A DNA stretch of 64,000 nucleotides from the IMG/VR virus record IMGVR_UViG_3300039452_000120. One strand, 5' to 3'. Source of the stretch: a virus. A program made the translations under genes and the position numbers. Under the pieces are notes generated by a model, which had not been told where the DNA came from, did no database searches, and was given only the letters and a program-made list of their open reading frames with translations. Shown here piece after piece: positions 62,129 to 64,000 of the stretch. Position 1 is the stretch's first letter, and each line of letters opens with the position of its first letter.

Positions 62129-64000
62129 ATGTCTAATCTTAAAATATCCGAAGACCAATATATAGGTAAACAGGAACTCAACAAGTTACAGTCGTTTCTT
62201 GGTGATAATGGTTTCCGCACCTTTTTTCAAAGGTTTATCAATACTTATGGAGTGGCTTTGGATAATGTGTTTCCTAATGCTCTTCAAGTTGTTCCGGGAA
62301 CTACACCTGGAGCAATTACCATAAAAGCAGGGGCTATCATTGATCAAACTGCTCAGTCAGGAATTTTATTCAATGATTTGATCAATGCTTATACTTTACC
62401 ACAAGCAACTTTATTTAACATTTACGCTAAACGTGATGTTACAAACGCTGAGATGGGGACAGTATCTATAGATACATTAGGAAATGTAACAGGGGTTGGT
62501 ACTAAGTTTACTGATGTTTTGCGAGGGCAACCGGGAAATGCTACTACTATTCGTTTCCCGAATTCAAATTTCAATGTCAATGATTACGTTGTATTAAACG
62601 TGATTGATGATACTCACATGGTTGTACAAGCACCAAGCTTTACAGCTGAAAATAATATAAAATATGGTGTTGTAGGTACATTTTCGCCCGGTGTGATTGT
62701 TTCGACTGCGGCTAAGATGATATATGGTAATGACACTATAACGTTCGCTGTTGATACAGACGGCACATTTACTTATCCATGGTATAAGATAGCTACAGCT
62801 ATTTTTGATGGAACAAACGTTACCATTACTGATTTGCGTGAAAATTGTAAGCTCACCTTGTTGCTTCAGCCGTCTATACGTCAAGATGGCACTATCGCGT
62901 TACTCAACAAAATACAAACGTTTACTAAAATACAAACTTGGGCTCAAGGTTCTCAGACTGTTGTAGCCAGCAAGCAATTAGCTTTACCGGGGGATGGTAA
63001 TACGTATGTGGCTGGTATCCAGGATACGACACTACAGTATATACAAGATCAACCACTGGGAACACTGATTACAATAGCATTCCTTGATAACAATGTAGGT
63101 TCACCTGCAACTCTGATGAACAAGTTGACAATGAAGGATGCACAGACACCTGCCGCCCCTTCAGGGTTTAAACCTATAAAGTGTTATGTTGATACACCGA
63201 TAGTGCCATATGATGTATTGATATTTCAACGTGTTCAAATTACGCATAATGCTTCACCGAGCGCAGTTTTTGATGGGTGGGTGGTAGTTTCTAATTCGGA
63301 AGCTTATCCATTGGCTTTAGACGCAGAAAACAAGGTAAACACACTAAATAATTCACCTTGGGTTGATTACCAATTTACCAATTCGGATTTAAGAACCGGG
63401 AAGTTGACCGGGGCAGTGGCTGTCACTTCAGGAATGGGGTGGTTTAAATACAAGTCAATTGCTAATATGTTGATAGGCAACTGTTATATAAAATTTACAG
63501 TTGCTGCAGGCACATCAAGTAATGTGCTTTCTATTAAATTGCCTAATAATTTATTACTTACTGATACTGATATATATGGACAACGTGCTGCAGCTTCATG
63601 TGCAATCAATTCATCTCAAGCTGTACCTGTAGAAGTAGTATCTCTCCGAGGTGTGGCATATAATGGTTATTTAAATGCTTATGTAAGAGATAGATATTGG
63701 AATAGTGGGGACGTTGTAGAATTGTCATTTGCTTTTTCATTTGAATTAGGGGCTTCTTCCTACGTACCACCTGCTAATTTACCACCAATATCTGCTAATA
63801 TAGCGATGACTGTTATTCAGGGTTCATTTGGTAATGTGGTGAATTTTGATTTAAATGGAACAAATTACGACCCGGATGGTGTATTAAATTCTTTAAGTGT
63901 AATCATTGTTACTCAACCGCTTAATGGTGATTTGATCAGAACGGTACTGACAACAGACGGTGCTGGTAATCCAACAAGTGTTCAGTATAGCTATACACCA
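62129..64000 (+). CDS. large structural (fibre-like) protein, 3'-truncated by the window end; not in ORF track
   Basis: By my manual translation, ATG 62129 (MSNLKISEDQYIGKQELNK...) stays open for 624 codons to position 64000. Confidence 0.6.
   Translation, partial: MSNLKISEDQYIGKQELNKLQSFLGDNGFRTFFQRFINTYGVALDNVFPNALQVVPGTTPGAITIKAGAIIDQTAQSGILFNDLINAYTLPQATLFNIYAKRDVTNAEMGTVSIDTLGNVTGVGTKFTDVLRGQPGNATTIRFPNSNFNVNDYVVLNVIDDTHMVVQAPSFTAENNIKYGVVGTFSPGVIVSTAAKMIYGNDTITFAVDTDGTFTYPWYKIATAIFDGTNVTITDLRENCKLTLLLQPSIRQDGTIALLNKIQTFTKIQTWAQGSQTVVASKQLALPGDGNTYVAGIQDTTLQYIQDQPLGTLITIAFLDNNVGSPATLMNKLTMKDAQTPAAPSGFKPIKCYVDTPIVPYDVLIFQRVQITHNASPSAVFDGWVVVSNSEAYPLALDAENKVNTLNNSPWVDYQFTNSDLRTGKLTGAVAVTSGMGWFKYKSIANMLIGNCYIKFTVAAGTSSNVLSIKLPNNLLLTDTDIYGQRAAASCAINSSQAVPVEVVSLRGVAYNGYLNAYVRDRYWNSGDVVELSFAFSFELGASSYVPPANLPPISANIAMTVIQGSFGNVVNFDLNGTNYDPDGVLNSLSVIIVTQPLNGDLIRTVLTTDGAGNPTSVQYSYTP

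Overview
This window reads as a contiguous stretch of a tailed dsDNA phage genome with a contractile (myovirus-type) tail. Every credible gene is on the + strand, genes are tightly packed, and many junctions are ATGA or TAATG stop/start overlaps. Gene leaders are A-rich with no Shine-Dalgarno motif, and several products carry signal peptides ending in ...AQ. Both traits suggest a Bacteroidota-type host, but that is inference.

Layout:
- 20-9190: early/regulatory region of small ORFs. It includes an XRE-type HTH protein, an ECF-like sigma factor, zinc-ribbon proteins, a 46-aa hyper-acidic ORF missing from the ORF track, and a DEDDh 3'-5' exonuclease.
- 9289-12039: large terminase whose P-loop is interrupted by a 329-aa LAGLIDADG intein.
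- 12075-24762: accessory island between terminase and portal. It holds membrane proteins, an ArdC-N-like protein, a Spo11/Topo VI-A-like winged-helix + Toprim protein, and a candidate thymidine-hypermodification cassette. The cassette comprises a P-loop kinase, an FAD enzyme, a MazG-like pyrophosphohydrolase and two aGPT-Pplase-like ORFs.
- 24770-36050: head module. It contains the portal, an N-acetylmuramidase, a MuF-like protein, a 1058-aa polyvalent ParB-like/kinase-like/ADP-ribosyltransferase protein, a protease-scaffold fusion and the major capsid protein.
- 36131-64000: neck, sheath, tube, chaperones, tape measure, baseplate, and a duplicated tail-fibre/beta-helix receptor-binding region. 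It ends in an open ORF that runs off the window.

I found no rRNA, tRNA or CRISPR array. All functional calls come from motif recognition by eye, not from database searches.
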